A stretch of DNA of 64,000 nt from Callorhinchus milii. Lineage: Eukaryota. Position 1 is the first letter of the stretch. Every line of letters starts with the position of its first letter. The notes under the pieces are model-generated. The model made no database searches and had not been told where the DNA came from. It saw only the letters and a program-made list of their open reading frames with translations. This document shows, piece after piece, positions 13,185 through 24,672 of this stretch. The DNA lies in contig NW_024704743.1 in NCBI RefSeq assembly GCF_018977255.1, forward strand, positions 107,820,001 to 107,884,000, read 5' to 3'. The position numbers were made by a program, and so were the translations under genes.

Positions 13185-13515
13185 TTGAAGCGATATAGCA
13201 CCCTTTATGTCATGAAGACGTCTTAAAGCACTTTGCAGGATTTTACTGTAAAATGTAGTAATTGTGAATTTTGTTGGCAAACATGGTAGTTAATTTTGTA
13301 TACAGCATTATTCCACAAACAGCCACAAGTGCTGTTATAAATGTGTATGATGAATTTTAACTTGGGATTTTTTTCAGTTTACCCCAGCAGAGCATTAGAT
13401 TTGTCAGCCTAGGTTGTCATTTTAGATTATGTGAGTTAAAAGTCCTCACATGTGGCTTTGAACCCACAACCTTCTGACTCAGAGGCGAGAGCGCTACCAA
13501 CTGTGCCAGGGTGTC
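13185..13515 (-). mobile_element. SacSINE1/DeuSINE-like SINE with internal deletion
   Basis: Well-preserved antisense head tttgaacccacaaccttctgactcagaggcgagagcgctaccaactg plus tail. Confidence 0.75.
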
Positions 13516-13967
13516 ACCTTTATTGAACCAACAGCTCACTTTGTCTTAGGCATTTTTCGCGATAAATTTTACACCGCAATATTTAAGCAATAAAAGTGGG
13601 GCTCTAATTTACATTTACATCCTCAAAGATATGAAATGTTTAATTCATATTCTTAGTCATTGCCAGAGTTATGGATCATATCAGAACGCAGCTGTAATTA
13701 CTGTTTAAAACACATTATGTGGCAGAAACCTTCCCTGCATTTGCTTTGGGTAACAGACCCTTCTTAAATTGTATCTTAACTGTGACAGAGACTCCACCTA
13801 AAGTGAGCATGGATTTCTGAACAATTTTCACTAATGGGGAAATAGGCAGACTAGTCGGTCGGCGGGGGTGGGGGGGTGGGGGAAGATTCTTTTCCAAACT
13901 GTTCCTTGTACAGTTAATAATAAATAATAATCCTTGCATTTGATATAGCTTTTTTCATGTCTTCTAG

Positions 13968-14326
13968 ATAATAATAATAATAATAATCCTTGCATTTGAT
14001 ATAGCGCTTTTCACGTCGGGAGGACGTCTCAAAGCGCTTCGCAGAATATACTGTAAAGTGAATTGACTGTATATTTGTGGGCGAAACGCGGCAGCCAATT
14101 GCACACAGCAGTCCCACAAACAGTTGTGGGTTGAAGTGAACAAATTTTTTTTTTGGAAGGAATTAGCAATCCGCCAATCGACTCACACCCGGGTTCCTAC
14201 TTTTTGCTAGATAAACAGAGGCGCATGGAGTAAGGAAACTTGTCCAACATTTCACCTTGCCGGGAATTAAACCCAGGTCTCTCACTTGTGAGGCGAGTGC
14301 TCCAACCATTGAGCTACAGGACTCCA
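13968..14326 (-). mobile_element. Young tRNA-derived SINE, full length, long form
   Basis: Head TGGAGTCCTGTAGCTCAATGGTTGGAGCACTCGCCTCACAAGTGAGAGACCTGGGTT, middle (gtaggaacccgggtgtgagtcgattggcggat), Deu 3' half, L2-like stem-loop, (TAT)n; a second tail is stacked at 13915-13967. Confidence 0.9.
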
Positions 14327-14499
14327 TATTAGAGTCAGCCATTCCTGTAAGTGTAAAAATGGTTGTTGAGTAAAAGGGACGGTTGTGGTGAGATAGTGTT
14401 TTACTCACAGCCCTTTTATTTTGCACTTTCGTGACTTTTGAAAAACTTAGGAAGTTTAGGAAAACTTGAATGCAGGCTGCAATATTGACAAAATTACAG

Positions 14500-14685
14500 T
14501 TGCACACACAGATACAAACTTATAGGGACAGAGAGAGGAAGAGAAACATACACAGCAGTAGAGAGAGATAAAAGAGACACATACACACACACACACATAG
14601 CTGCACAGAGAGAGACACAAAGCAAGATATACACACAAACACAATGGAAACAGAGAGGCTGAAAGAGGGAGAGGGACACACACTA
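14500..14685. repeat. AG/AC-rich low-complexity tract
   Basis: Interleaved (AG)n and (AC)n runs. Confidence 0.8.
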
Positions 14686-15003
14686 AATAATAATAATAAT
14701 CCTTGCATTTGATATAGCGCTTTTCACGTCGGGAGGACGTCCCAAAGCGCTTCACAGAACAAACTGTAAAGTGAATTGACTGTATATTTGTGGGCGAACG
14801 CGGCAGCCAATTGCGCACAGCAATGTCCCACAAACAGTCGTAGATTGAAAATGACCAATTTATTATTGTTTTTGGTTTTGGAGGGATTATTATTAGGCGT
14901 ATGGAGTAAGGAAACTTGCCCAAGGTTTCGCCCTGCCTGGAATTGAACTCAGGTCTCTTGCTTGCAAAGCGAGTGCTCTAACCACTGAGCTACAGGACTC
15001 CAC
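14686..15003 (-). mobile_element. Young tRNA-derived SINE, full length, short form
   Basis: Nearly identical by eye to the copy at 60372-60701; lacks the middle segment of the long form. Confidence 0.92.
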
Positions 15004-15174
15004 TGACACAAACAAACAGTTAGAAAGGCACAAAGTAAGAGAGAGAGAAACACAAATAGACAGAAGCAATTAGAAGCAGAGACAGACCCCAAAAGCACAT
15101 TGAGGTATCCCTGTTATTTGAAGATATGATGGCAGAGACCTCTTCTTTGGTTTCATCCATTCCTTCCCAAAATA

Positions 15175-16140
15175 AATTTGGTCACTCAATCCACGACTGT
15201 TTGTAGGACACTACTGTGTGCAATTGAAGATGAAGATTTATGCAGAGAAATGCAAGGTGATGCATTTTGGGAGAAGGAATGAGGAGAGGCAATATACAAT
15301 AAATGGTACAGTTTTAAAGGGGGTACAGGAGCAGAGAGACTGGGGGTTCACCTACCATAGGTCTTTGAAGGTGGCAGAGCAGGTTAATAGAGCTGTTAAA
15401 AAACAATTAGGATTCTTGGCTTTATAAATAGAGACATAGAGGACAAAAGCAAGGAAGTTCTGCTAAACCTTTATACCTTACTGGTTAGGCCTCAGCTGAA
15501 ATATTGTGTCCAATTGTGGACACCACACATTAGGAAGGATATCAAGGCCTTGGAGAGGGTGTAGAGGAGATTTACCAGAATGAAAAAAAAGAAGGTACCA
15601 GGGATGAGGGACTTATGTGAAGAGACTAGAGATGCTGGGATTGTTCTCCTTAGATCAGAGAAGGTTAAAAAGAGATTTAACAGAGATGCTCAAAACTATG
15701 AGGGGTTTTGATAGAGTAGATAGGGAGAAACTGTTTCCACTGGCAGGTGGGTCAGTAACCAAGGGACATAGATTCCAGATGATTGGCAAAAGAACCAGAG
15801 GGGAGAATTTATTTTACGCAGAGAGTTGTTATGGTCTGGAATGTACTGCTTGAAATGGTGGTGGAAACAGATTTAATAACAATCTTCAAAAGGGAATTGG
15901 ATAGGGAATTGCATGGATATAACGAAAGAGCAGGGGAGTGGGGCTGATTGGATAGCTCTTCCAAAGAACCGCACAGGTACGATAGGTTGAATGGCCTCCT
16001 TCTCTGCTATAATATTCTAATTGGCTGCCGCCCACAAATACACAGTCAATCCACTTTACAATATATTCTGTGAAATATTTTGAGACGTCTCAATGATGTG
16101 ATAAGGCACTTTATCAATTATTATTATTATTATTATTTAT
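15175..16140 (+). mobile_element. SINE 3' half split by a CR1 insertion
   Basis: SINE sequence ...ctgtgtgcaattg| resumes as |aattggctgccgcccacaaatacacag after the CR1. Confidence 0.8.
15227..16018 (+). mobile_element. CR1 LINE 3' fragment (ORF2 C-terminus and 3' UTR) with AATTG target-site duplication
   Basis: KCKVMHFGRRN, LVRPQLKYCVQLW, RLEMLGLFSLDQRRL..DL, FDRVDREKLFP; 3' end gaatggcctccttctctgctataatattct; AATTG at 15222-15226 and 16019-16023. Confidence 0.92.
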
Positions 16141-16229
16141 CTTCAAAAATACAAAGAGATGCACATTTATTGAGAAGTACAGTTAGAAATAAATCAAGCA
16201 AAAAATATTCAGTGCAAATTATTGTGAAA

Positions 16230-16435
16230 TGTAGTCATTGTGTAATTTTGTAAATGAAAGTGGCAGCCAATTTGCACACAGCAATGTCCAATAAACAGCC
16301 ATAAAGTGAGTTACCAATTTTTATCTGGAGTATTGTTGGCCAGGTCAGGGGGAGAAACTGCCTTCTCTTTTCGAGTAGTGCCATGAGATCTTTAAAGTTC
16401 ACGGGAGCTTGGTTTATCATCTCATCTGAAAGACA
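16230..16435 (-). mobile_element. SacSINE1/DeuSINE-like SINE fragment
   Basis: Antisense Deu core (gtggcagccaatttgcacacagcaatgtcc...ttttcgagtagtgccatgagatctttaa). Confidence 0.75.
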
Positions 16436-16484
16436 GGAAGCCTAGCCTTGGGCTCACTTACTTGCAAATAGTAATACCTCAGAG

Positions 16485-17460
16485 TATGTGTGTGGGGGTG
16501 TCCCAGAATTTCCTCCCCCAACCACCCTCTGGTTTGAATTAGTCAGATCTCTAAAATCCCCAATCACCCAATCAAAAAGTGCAATTGCCCTGACCTGGTT
16601 CCGGGGTCAAGGACACTCACATGACACCATGGAAATTCCAACCCTCAAACAACCATCGCAGCCACTGGTTCCATTCAGAACAGCTTCATGATCAATGATC
16701 AATCCATCGGACATATAATAATAATCCTTGCGTTTGATACAGCGCCTCATCACATCATTGAGACGTCTCAAAGTGCTTCACAGAATATACTGTAAAGTGA
16801 ATTGATGGTATATTTTGAAGGTGAAATGTAAATCCAAGAACAGTTAAATTTGCAGGCTTGGTCCGAGCCAAAAGACCAAGAAGCAAGCTCCCAAGCGTGT
16901 GTGGTTTATTTTAATCAGTGGGCGAAGTTGCCCCCACATCAAATCCTTTGAACCCATCGAATTTCCTGTTATTAGAAAGTTCAACTTCCTTGACCTGGTC
17001 CCCAGCGTCAAGACTACTCACACAACTCCATTCTAATGACTGGCCACAAACCACCAAGTGGCAACGCAGGCACTGACGGGTGTCTACTTGACAGTTTCAT
17101 GATCAAAGATCAATCCACTGGATCAACGACCAAGTCCATACTTTAACCAAGTCTCGACTTGATCATCGTCAAAAGGCCGAGAAGAAAGAGTCCAAAGTTG
17201 AACTATGTGTATGCTATTTTATTTGCTGTGAGCTCCCTCTCTCCCACCATTCTCAATTAGTCTAATTCTGTTACATGGAACTGCGAGTTGCCCTGATAGT
17301 AATCCAAGGCCAAAGGTACTCATGCCTCCATCGTCTGGCCTCTAAGCACCAAAAGTCAGTGCAGGCTTGATTTCCTTTCTTCGCGGCTTAATTGTTAACA
17401 ATCCACCAGCTCAACTTCAAGATCGGGTTCTGTAATACTTGATCTTAGGTCCAACTGTGC
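16485..17460. repeat. Degenerate tandem triplication of a ~300-bp unit (unit 1 interrupted by a SINE tail at ~16715-16830)
   Basis: Blocks in the same order: ttgccctgacctggttccggggtcaaggacactcac / ttccttgacctggtcccagcgtcaagactactcac / ttgccctgatagtaatccaaggccaaaggtactcat; acagcttcatgatcaatgatcaatcca / acagtttcatgatcaaagatcaatcca; cttggtccgagccaaaagaccaagaag / cttgatcatcgtcaaaaggccgagaag. Confidence 0.75.
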
Positions 17461-18554
17461 CTTACACCCATCTAATAGATCAGTTAACACCATAACTAAT
17501 TCTGTCCCACCCACTCCTCACCCTGCAAACGCACCAGTCGTAAGGCAGCCTGTGACTGCGTATACCACTGTGTTACACAGCTGTATTCAAACCTTTCATT
17601 TTTGGCTTAGAAAAGCTACAGCAGCCCTCGAAGGAATTTGTACTCCAAAGTGCATTGTGATTTCCCTTTTGATTTAAGAGTTCTATGGTATGCGATTGAA
17701 AGATTAAAACATCCTCAAGCTGTTGGAACGAGTGTTTGAGTATGTAAATGAGCACCTCGACCAGAGAAAAGCCAAGGGGGTCACATGCTTGTCAGAGTAC
17801 CTATAACAAATAGCTGTGCAATGGTCTTTGACAGACTTTTAGGCTTCTTCTTTCAGCCTTTCAGTCAGCCATTCCCTGCAGCTTGCCTTAGGATTTTTCA
17901 GTCATATTTTATCAGTGAATAATACCGAGATACAGAAAATGACATCCAACATCTACTGGGAGGGCAGAGTTTCAATCCATAAATACTTCACGCAGTTTAA
18001 GCCTCCGAGGAATTCTTTCACTGTAGATTTGTGAGACAAAAGGCATGGAGAGAAAGCCTGGGTTTCAAGATACTCTATTCAATTAGGTAATAGCCAAAAG
18101 GGAATAGGCGGGAGGAGGGGATGGTTGAGTGAGGGGGAGGGTAGGAGGCAAGCTAACTGCAATAGGCTCTCACAGCATGATCGTGCTGTTTGTACAGACT
18201 CTTGTTGATTTATTTTTTCCCCTGTGGATCTTTCTCACGAGAGGCAAAGAGGGAAGAGATTTGACCATCTTCCTGTACATTCTGCCTGCGATTCAATATG
18301 CGGTGTCAGGCAAATTACGTTCAAATTTCCAAAGACAATTTATTCATCATGTCTCAAGCACCTTAACCAACTCATGATTCCATTTCGAGGGTTTCATGCA
18401 GAAAGAGAGAACACGGGGACGTGACCAGAGTAAAATTCAACCTAGTTCTCAATTTACTTTCTCCCACAAAACAACCACAGGCATACCCACAGTCACACCA
18501 CTTTACAGTATATACTGTGAAGCACTTTGAGTTGTCTCGATAACGTGATAAGGA

Positions 18555-18790
18555 GCTCGGTTGTTGGTTGATTGGCGGATCGCTTTTCCAGGGGTAATAA
18601 TTCCTTCAAATAAAAACTGGTCGCTTCAGTCCATGACTGTTTGTGGGGCACTGCTGTGCGCAATTGGCTGCCGCATTTGACCCACAAAGTATACAGTCAA
18701 TTCACTTCACAGTATATTCTGTGAAGCGCTTTTAGACGTCTCGAAGATGTGATAAGGTGCTATATCAAATGCAAAGATTATTATGATTAT
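18555..18790 (+). mobile_element. Young SINE, long form, 5'-truncated
   Basis: gattggcggatcgcttttcc...ggtaataattccttc followed by Deu 3' half and tail. Confidence 0.85.
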
Positions 18791-19029
18791 ATAAAATGCA
18801 AATGTAATGATCATTACTCAATTAATCTAGTACTTCAAAGTGTGAATAGGGCAACTTGTTGAATTTAGTTTTAACGTTTGAAGCACGTTTTCTGTCCTCA
18901 AAAGAAACTTACAGAAAAGCAGCATAAAGATGTATTTAAGAATTTGATAAGTACTGGACGCTCTGATGTGCTGGGTTAATGGAGTAAATCAAGACCCAGG
19001 CAAAATTTCTACCCAGACAGCTGGTGGAG

Positions 19030-19237
19030 GCCTGAAATTTGCCTAGACTTAGCCTGTTGTCTTAAAATTTGCTATGTTGTCTTAAAATTTAAGGTTGTGT
19101 AGAATTGCGAAAAATTCTTAAATTCACTTTTATTTTGGAAGCTTTTTTTTTAAGGCATACAGTAAAACAGCTTCCAAATTAAGACTGAGCACACTCTTTA
19201 ATTTTAAGACAGGCTAAAACTAGGTGGAATTCCAGGC
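19030..19237. mobile_element. MITE-like element with imperfect ~40-bp terminal inverted repeats
   Basis: gcctgaaatttgcctagacttagcctgt..tcttaaaatt pairs with aattttaagacaggctaaaactaggtggaattccaggc; inner pair ttggaagct / agcttccaa. Confidence 0.7.
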
Positions 19238-19382
19238 ATGTGGGGTATTAGAAAAAAGGCAGAGGCAAGGAATGTCCCCTCCCCTTCCATCCTCCGCCCC
19301 CCAACACATGTGCTTCCAATAAATAAAACGGCAACAGTTTTGTAAAATGGGTTAAGCAAGCCTTTTTTCATTCTATCTGCGA

Positions 19383-19815
19383 AGGTGGCAGCCTGGCTCA
19401 GTTGGTAGCACTCTCACCTCTGAGTCAGAAGGTTGTGGATTCATAACCCCACGTCAGGATTTTTCTCATTGTTCTAGGCTGACATTACAGCAACAAAATT
19501 TCATTTGTATAGCGCCTTTCAATTCGGGAGGACGTCCCAAGTTGCTGGACAGTCAGTATTTCGGACCCAAGCTGGGCAATGCCCCACAAAATGCCCCACC
19601 ACATCGCATCTACCCACAGTGCAGTCAATAATCCCCCAGATAAAATGTGTCACTTGTTTGGTGTTTTTTTGTGTGGCATTTCCGTGAGCAAAATTGGCTG
19701 ACGTGTTGACCTACAAATATACAAATAATACACTTTGCAGGAAATCCTGTGAAAGGCTTTGAGATGTTTCTAATGTCCTCCTGATGTGAAAGGTGCTTTA
19801 TAAGTGTACATTGCA
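19383..19815 (+). mobile_element. SacSINE1/DeuSINE-like SINE interrupted by an antisense L2 tail (~19490-19575)
   Basis: Clean head ggtggcagcctggctcagttggtagcactctcacctctgagtcagaaggttgtgg; 3' half resumes at ~19620. Confidence 0.75.
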
Positions 19816-19994
19816 TTGTTCCGGATGGTGTGATAAGGCGCTATATTGAATGCGAAGATTAATATTAAGACACAACTTGCTGATGTAACCTCCACTGAAA
19901 ATCATATCTACAATTTGTGCATCAGGTCTAATATCTGATTCATTCTGCAAGAAGAAAAGCAATATCATTTCTAGTCACAGAGCAAATTAGAGCA

Positions 19995-20312
19995 AGGAGC
20001 TGGACTTCCCAGCAGGGCAAAACCTTAGGCAAGTTTCCTTACTCCACACGCCTACGTTTACCTAGCAGTTAATAGGAACCCAGTTATTAGTCAATTGGTG
20101 GATCGCTTTCCGGAGGTAATAATCCCTCAAAAAAAATTGGTCACTCAATCCACGACTGTTTGTGGGACACTGCTCTGTGCAATTGGCTGCTACGTTTCGC
20201 CCACAAATACGCAGTCAATCTACTTTATAATATATTCTGTGAAGCATTTTGAGATCTCAATGACACAATAAGGCTCTATATCAAATGCAAGGATTAATAT
20301 TAATATTATTAT
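19995..20312 (+). mobile_element. Young SINE, long form, head partly lost
   Basis: cccagcagggcaaaacc...tttccttactccacacgcc...aggaacccagttattagtcaattggtggatcgc and tail. Confidence 0.85.
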
Positions 20313-20734
20313 TTTGTGTACAGCGCCTTGGGATGTCCTCCCGACGTGAAAGTAATTTTGTTGTTGTTGTATATTACCCTTGTCCCTATCACTGCTGCTC
20401 TTGACAGAGGTTGAGGAGTCCTCTGTGCGACAGTGGAATGAAAAGTGCAACATGGATCTGATAATTTTCACCGATAATCATTACATCTTGAAAGTCACCG
20501 TCTAAAACAGTTTTTAATTAACGTTTCATTTCAGCTACACGGGACAGGGACCTAACTTAGCTTCTCCTAGCAGAGCAGTTTGAATCCAGTATTCAATGAG
20601 ACACAATGCCTCTGACTATTTCATCCCTCAGCACAAAAACAGTTTCCTCCCACCCACCTCCCCCATCCACCAATGGAGGGTTTATTTTGGGGAAGTTTGA
20701 CTAAAATACTTGGACTGTGTCATACATCCCCCGA

Positions 20735-21125
20735 ACACTCATGCTCAAATCCCTTCACTCTCTGGCACCTCCCTACCTCTCCGACTTCCTCACTCTCCAA
20801 TCCACCACCCGGGGCCTCCGCTCGACTGGCACCGGCCTCCTGGTCATCCCTTGCATCCTCCACTCACACCATCAGAGGTTGTGCTCTCAGCCACTATGCC
20901 CCGAAACTCTGGAACAGTCTCCCTCAATCCTCCGCCTTGCCCCTCTTTCCCCTTTTTCAAGTCCCACCTGAGAACCCTACTCTTTGACTGTGCTTACGGC
21001 CACCTCCCAGCCCCGCTAACCCCCACCCGCCCCCGGCTTGGAGTCAGGCTCTGCCACTGTTAAGTGCTCTGAGATGCTACCCTGCATGGATAGCACTATA
21101 TAAGTGCAAGTTGTTACTGTTATTG
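20735..21125 (+). mobile_element. L2 LINE 3' fragment (second tail type)
   Basis: KSLHSLAPPYLSD, SHYAPKLWNSLPQ, FKSHLRTLLF; tail gagatgctaccctgcatggatagcactatataagtgcaagttgtt. Confidence 0.85.
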
Positions 21126-21299
21126 TTGAATCAATGGTCTAAAATGCAAGGATTATCCATGGACATCATGGTAGGTAATTGTCAACTCATCTCTTTGGGG
21201 ACAATGTGAAGTTTTTCAGAATGCTTAAAGCTGTACTGTTCTCTCATTGTTAAGTCAATTCAAAGTTAATGTATTTCATGTCAGCCAAAAGAAACAATC

Positions 21300-21500
21300 T
21301 CCATTAAAAGAGGGAAAGTGGAGCACAGCACTCTCACTGGATGATGAGAACTCTGGCTGACATTTCTCCTCCCCAGCCCAGGGATACTGAGACACGTTGC
21401 AGCACCTTATTGCTGCACTGGCTGAGTTTACCGACCGCAGGACGGACTGGGGCTGATGTCGGGACTTTCTGAGCTTGTGTGACTCAGAGTGACATTATGT
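21300..21500 (-). mobile_element. Ancient AmnSINE2-like SINE fragment
   Basis: Antisense of core: ctggctgacatttctcctccccagcccagggatactgag. Confidence 0.5.
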
Positions 21501-21504
21501 AAAT

Positions 21505-21880
21505 AACACTGTCGCTTCTGAGTCAGAAGGTTGTGGGTTCAGTCTTCATGTTAGGACTTTGAGCTCACACTTCGACACGCAATTATGGTGCAAGGGGAGC
21601 CACTGCATTGTTGGAGGTGCTGTCCTTAGGATGAGATGTTCCAACGATGTCGCATAGCATAGGTCCAAAACAAAAGGAGTTTCTCCTGGTATGCTGGGCA
21701 ACAATCCCCAATAAAATTGGTTATTCACTTTATAGCTGGGACATTGCTGTGCGAGAAATGGGCTACTGGGTTCACATACAAAATACGTAGTCAGTACATT
21801 TAACAGTAAACCTTTTGAAACCACTTTGAGATTTCCTCCTGATGTGAAAACGCTATGCCAAATGTAAGCATTATTATTAA
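21505..21880 (+). mobile_element. SacSINE1/DeuSINE-like SINE
   Basis: cactgtcgcttctgagtcagaaggttgtgggttca...gcattgttggaggtgctgtcc...tail. Confidence 0.78.
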
Positions 21881-22434
21881 TGTTATTATCGTTATTATTT
21901 TTGATATAGCACCTTTCACATCCAACAATGCAAAACTCCCCCATCGTGGCACTGGAATGGATTTGTGCCATAGACATCAGTTGATGATTTATTTTATTGT
22001 AACCCTTGGTCTGTGATGTGTATTCTATTTATACAACAGTCACAGACAGTAGAAATTTGCTTTACAGGTTCAAGAATAACTTTGTTAGTCGGCTACTGTT
22101 TTGCGTGCATTTACTGTTTAAATGTGGAGTTATAAAGTTAGTGAGTTATAGCCCTTGTAACATGATTGATGTTAGTGTCTTCTTTTTATTGCATTTCAGC
22201 CTTGTCGTGCACTGCTCTGTGATGTCAATGCATCATTCAAATATTACTTTGGCTCAAGGGCAGCATAAACCATTCACTTTGACTGCACGCCTATTGTATA
22301 AATGTTTATATAATGAGAGGTGCAATAAACCTTTGGTGTGGTTCTTTCAAGTGTAGGCCTTCTTATGCAGTTCATCTCTCCCCCCTCCACATATACAGTA
22401 CTTTACTCCCTCTAATTCGGATTTGCTTAGAAAA

Positions 22435-22680
22435 CAATAACAAATTACATTCACAAAGTGCCCTTCACCTAGGGTAATGTCTTGAAGCATCTTACCGTGA
22501 TAGGGGTAGATACTGAGCTGGGGTGGGGGAAGGGGAGGAAGGGCCAGGCGATCATAGGTGCAGGTTTGTAGAGGTAGGTTTTAAGGTAGAAGATAGGGAG
22601 GGAGACAGAAGGGAAAAGGATAGAAGTTCCTGAAGTTAGAGCGAGGAACCTGAAAGCCTCGTCACGGATGGTTGGGCTAC
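22435..22680 (-). mobile_element. L2 LINE 3' fragment, degenerate
   Basis: (CAA)-type tail followed by purine-rich antisense UTR and ORF end. Confidence 0.55.
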
Positions 22681-23409
22681 ACTGATGTTAAAGTAGTGAC
22701 ATTTTTTAAATGGGATTCACCAATACTGATGCAGAGTCACTGACAAGGAATTGTTACAGTCACCACCAATGCCTCACAGTCAAATCACAGAATCCTGTTG
22801 GTAATTCCATATTTTAGACAACTACATGCTTTCCAAGGTGAATTAGTTTAATAATCATTCATCCCATTGGGACACTTCATGGTGTAATTGTCAGCCATGT
22901 TTACCTTACAAAAACAGTTACTACACTCAAGAGTTATTACTTGTGAAATGCTTTGAGGTGTTTTGGCATTATTAGGGGCTATAAAATTGGTATTTATTTT
23001 ACTTCTGCCTGCCTGTGTCTGGTTCTGCTTCAAACAAAGTGATCTTTTCGCAACCCACTGAAACATGCACTTGTGCACATGGTCTAAATATCTAACAGAA
23101 CTCTGGCCTCAATTTCCCTTGAATTTAACCATAAATAGTTTTCCTGAGCAGCGCAATTGACCGTAGTGTCAGTTATTATCCCCCACAACCTAGACACCAT
23201 AACTCGGAGGCCCAGTTAATAATTATAACCCTTGCATTTGATATAGCACCTTATCACATCGTCGAGACATCTGAAAATGCTTCACAAGGCAGTAAGCTGC
23301 GTAAAGCACTTTGAGCCATCTTCCCAATGTGAAAGGTGCTATGTAAATATCGTTGTTGTTCAGTTCTCATTGGCTGCATACGTTACGTGACTGCAGTTTA
23401 ATATAACAT

Positions 23410-23715
23410 TTATAATTATCCTTGAATTTGATATAATGTTTTACCGTGCCCTCGAGACATCTCAAAGGGCTTTGCAGGTTTCTTATTGTGTACTTTTCGG
23501 TGAATGTGGCAGACAATTTATGCATAGAATAATGTCCCGCAAACAGCTATGAAGTGAATGACCACTTTTTTTATTGTTGGCCAGGACATCAGGAAAAGCT
23601 CTCTTCTCTTTTCGAGTAGTGCCATGGGATCTTTAACATCAATCTGAAGAGGCAGGCCAGATCTCAATTTAACCTTCTGACTCAGAAGCGAGAGTGTGAC
23701 CAACTGAGCCAGGCT
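23410..23715 (-). mobile_element. SacSINE1/DeuSINE-like SINE with internal deletion
   Basis: Antisense tail, Deu core and head (aaccttctgactcagaagcgagagtg..ccaactgagcc). Confidence 0.78.
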
Positions 23716-24019
23716 GAGACCCTTTACTCCCTCCAAACCCTATCTTGCATCTTAAGCATTCCATTTTCACCACAGATGCAGCCTCGTGATCTAAGGTCTA
23801 TTTTGAAGTTGTCTGATGGACTGTTTTTAGGGTTAGTTTGAGACTAAGTCAAAATCTTCGGCGTTCACATCGGGGGAAGGGGTGTACGTCTCAGAGTGCT
23901 TTTCACAGCTTATTGACACGTGAAGTGTTTTCAGATGTCTCGACGATGTAATAAGGTGCCATATCAAATGCAAGGATTATTATCCTTGCATTTGATGCAA
24001 GGATAATTTGATGCGGGAA

Positions 24020-24110
24020 CTGACGGAGGGCCATGAACCCGAAACGTAAACTCACTTTCCATTCTCCATAGATGCTGCCTGACCTGCTGAGTGTTCCTGT
24101 TTTTGTTGCA
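24020..24110 (+). mobile_element. Penelope-like terminal remnant with degenerate hammerhead core
   Basis: ctgacgga-ggg-ccatgaa-ccc-gaaacgtaaact...tccatagatgctgcctgacctgctgagt; homologous to 57490-57623. Confidence 0.65.
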
Positions 24111-24672
24111 AGGACTATTGTTATTATTAACTGTACCTCAGAGCTGTATGCAGGGTGGGGTGGGGGGAGGGGATCGTAACTGACAGCACGGTCAAATAGA
24201 TGGCAATGTAAGTCCAATGTGCTGTGCAGGAAGACTATTTGATGGTTAAATTCAAAGGGATTTGAGGCCAGAGTTATTGGAACATTGGTGCAGTGCTCTT
24301 TGACTACCAGCAGATGTCTCTATCACACTTGAAAGTGGATATTGCACAGAATTTGCAAAGTATGCTATAGACATCAAGGGGTAGAGAGCTGGTAGTGCAC
24401 TTCTCATCTCACTGGTTTGAAAGGCCAGAAAGTTGCCTTGAGCTTATAAATTACTCTCTTGTAATGTGTGACGGGTGACTTTCAAGTGGCTTTCACGCTT
24501 AAACAGTGAATTTAACACCTTTTTTCCCCAAGCAGTAAATTGCTTACTTTACCCACTCAGTCATCCCCCAGCCCCCACCGCTACTATCTTGCTCAGCTCA
24601 GAAATTTTCAGTGTACATGTTCAGTGTACACCATAGCTTGTGCAACTCAAAACACAATTGGTTACTATTACA

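Noticed and set aside
16855..16880. Y RNA-like start ggcttggtccgag
   Set aside because: It closes as a local hairpin; there is no matching Y RNA 3' stem or T-run terminator about 100 nt downstream
16590..17575. Ig/TCR J segments or RSS (WFRGQG at 16595; CACTGTG at 17566; CACAGTG at 40406)
   Set aside because: No W/FGXGT motif followed by a donor, and no nonamer at 12- or 23-bp spacing
22068..22330. Two plus-strand exons separated by an intron at 22141-22199
   Set aside because: A 59-nt intron is very short for a vertebrate, and the peptide is unrecognisable
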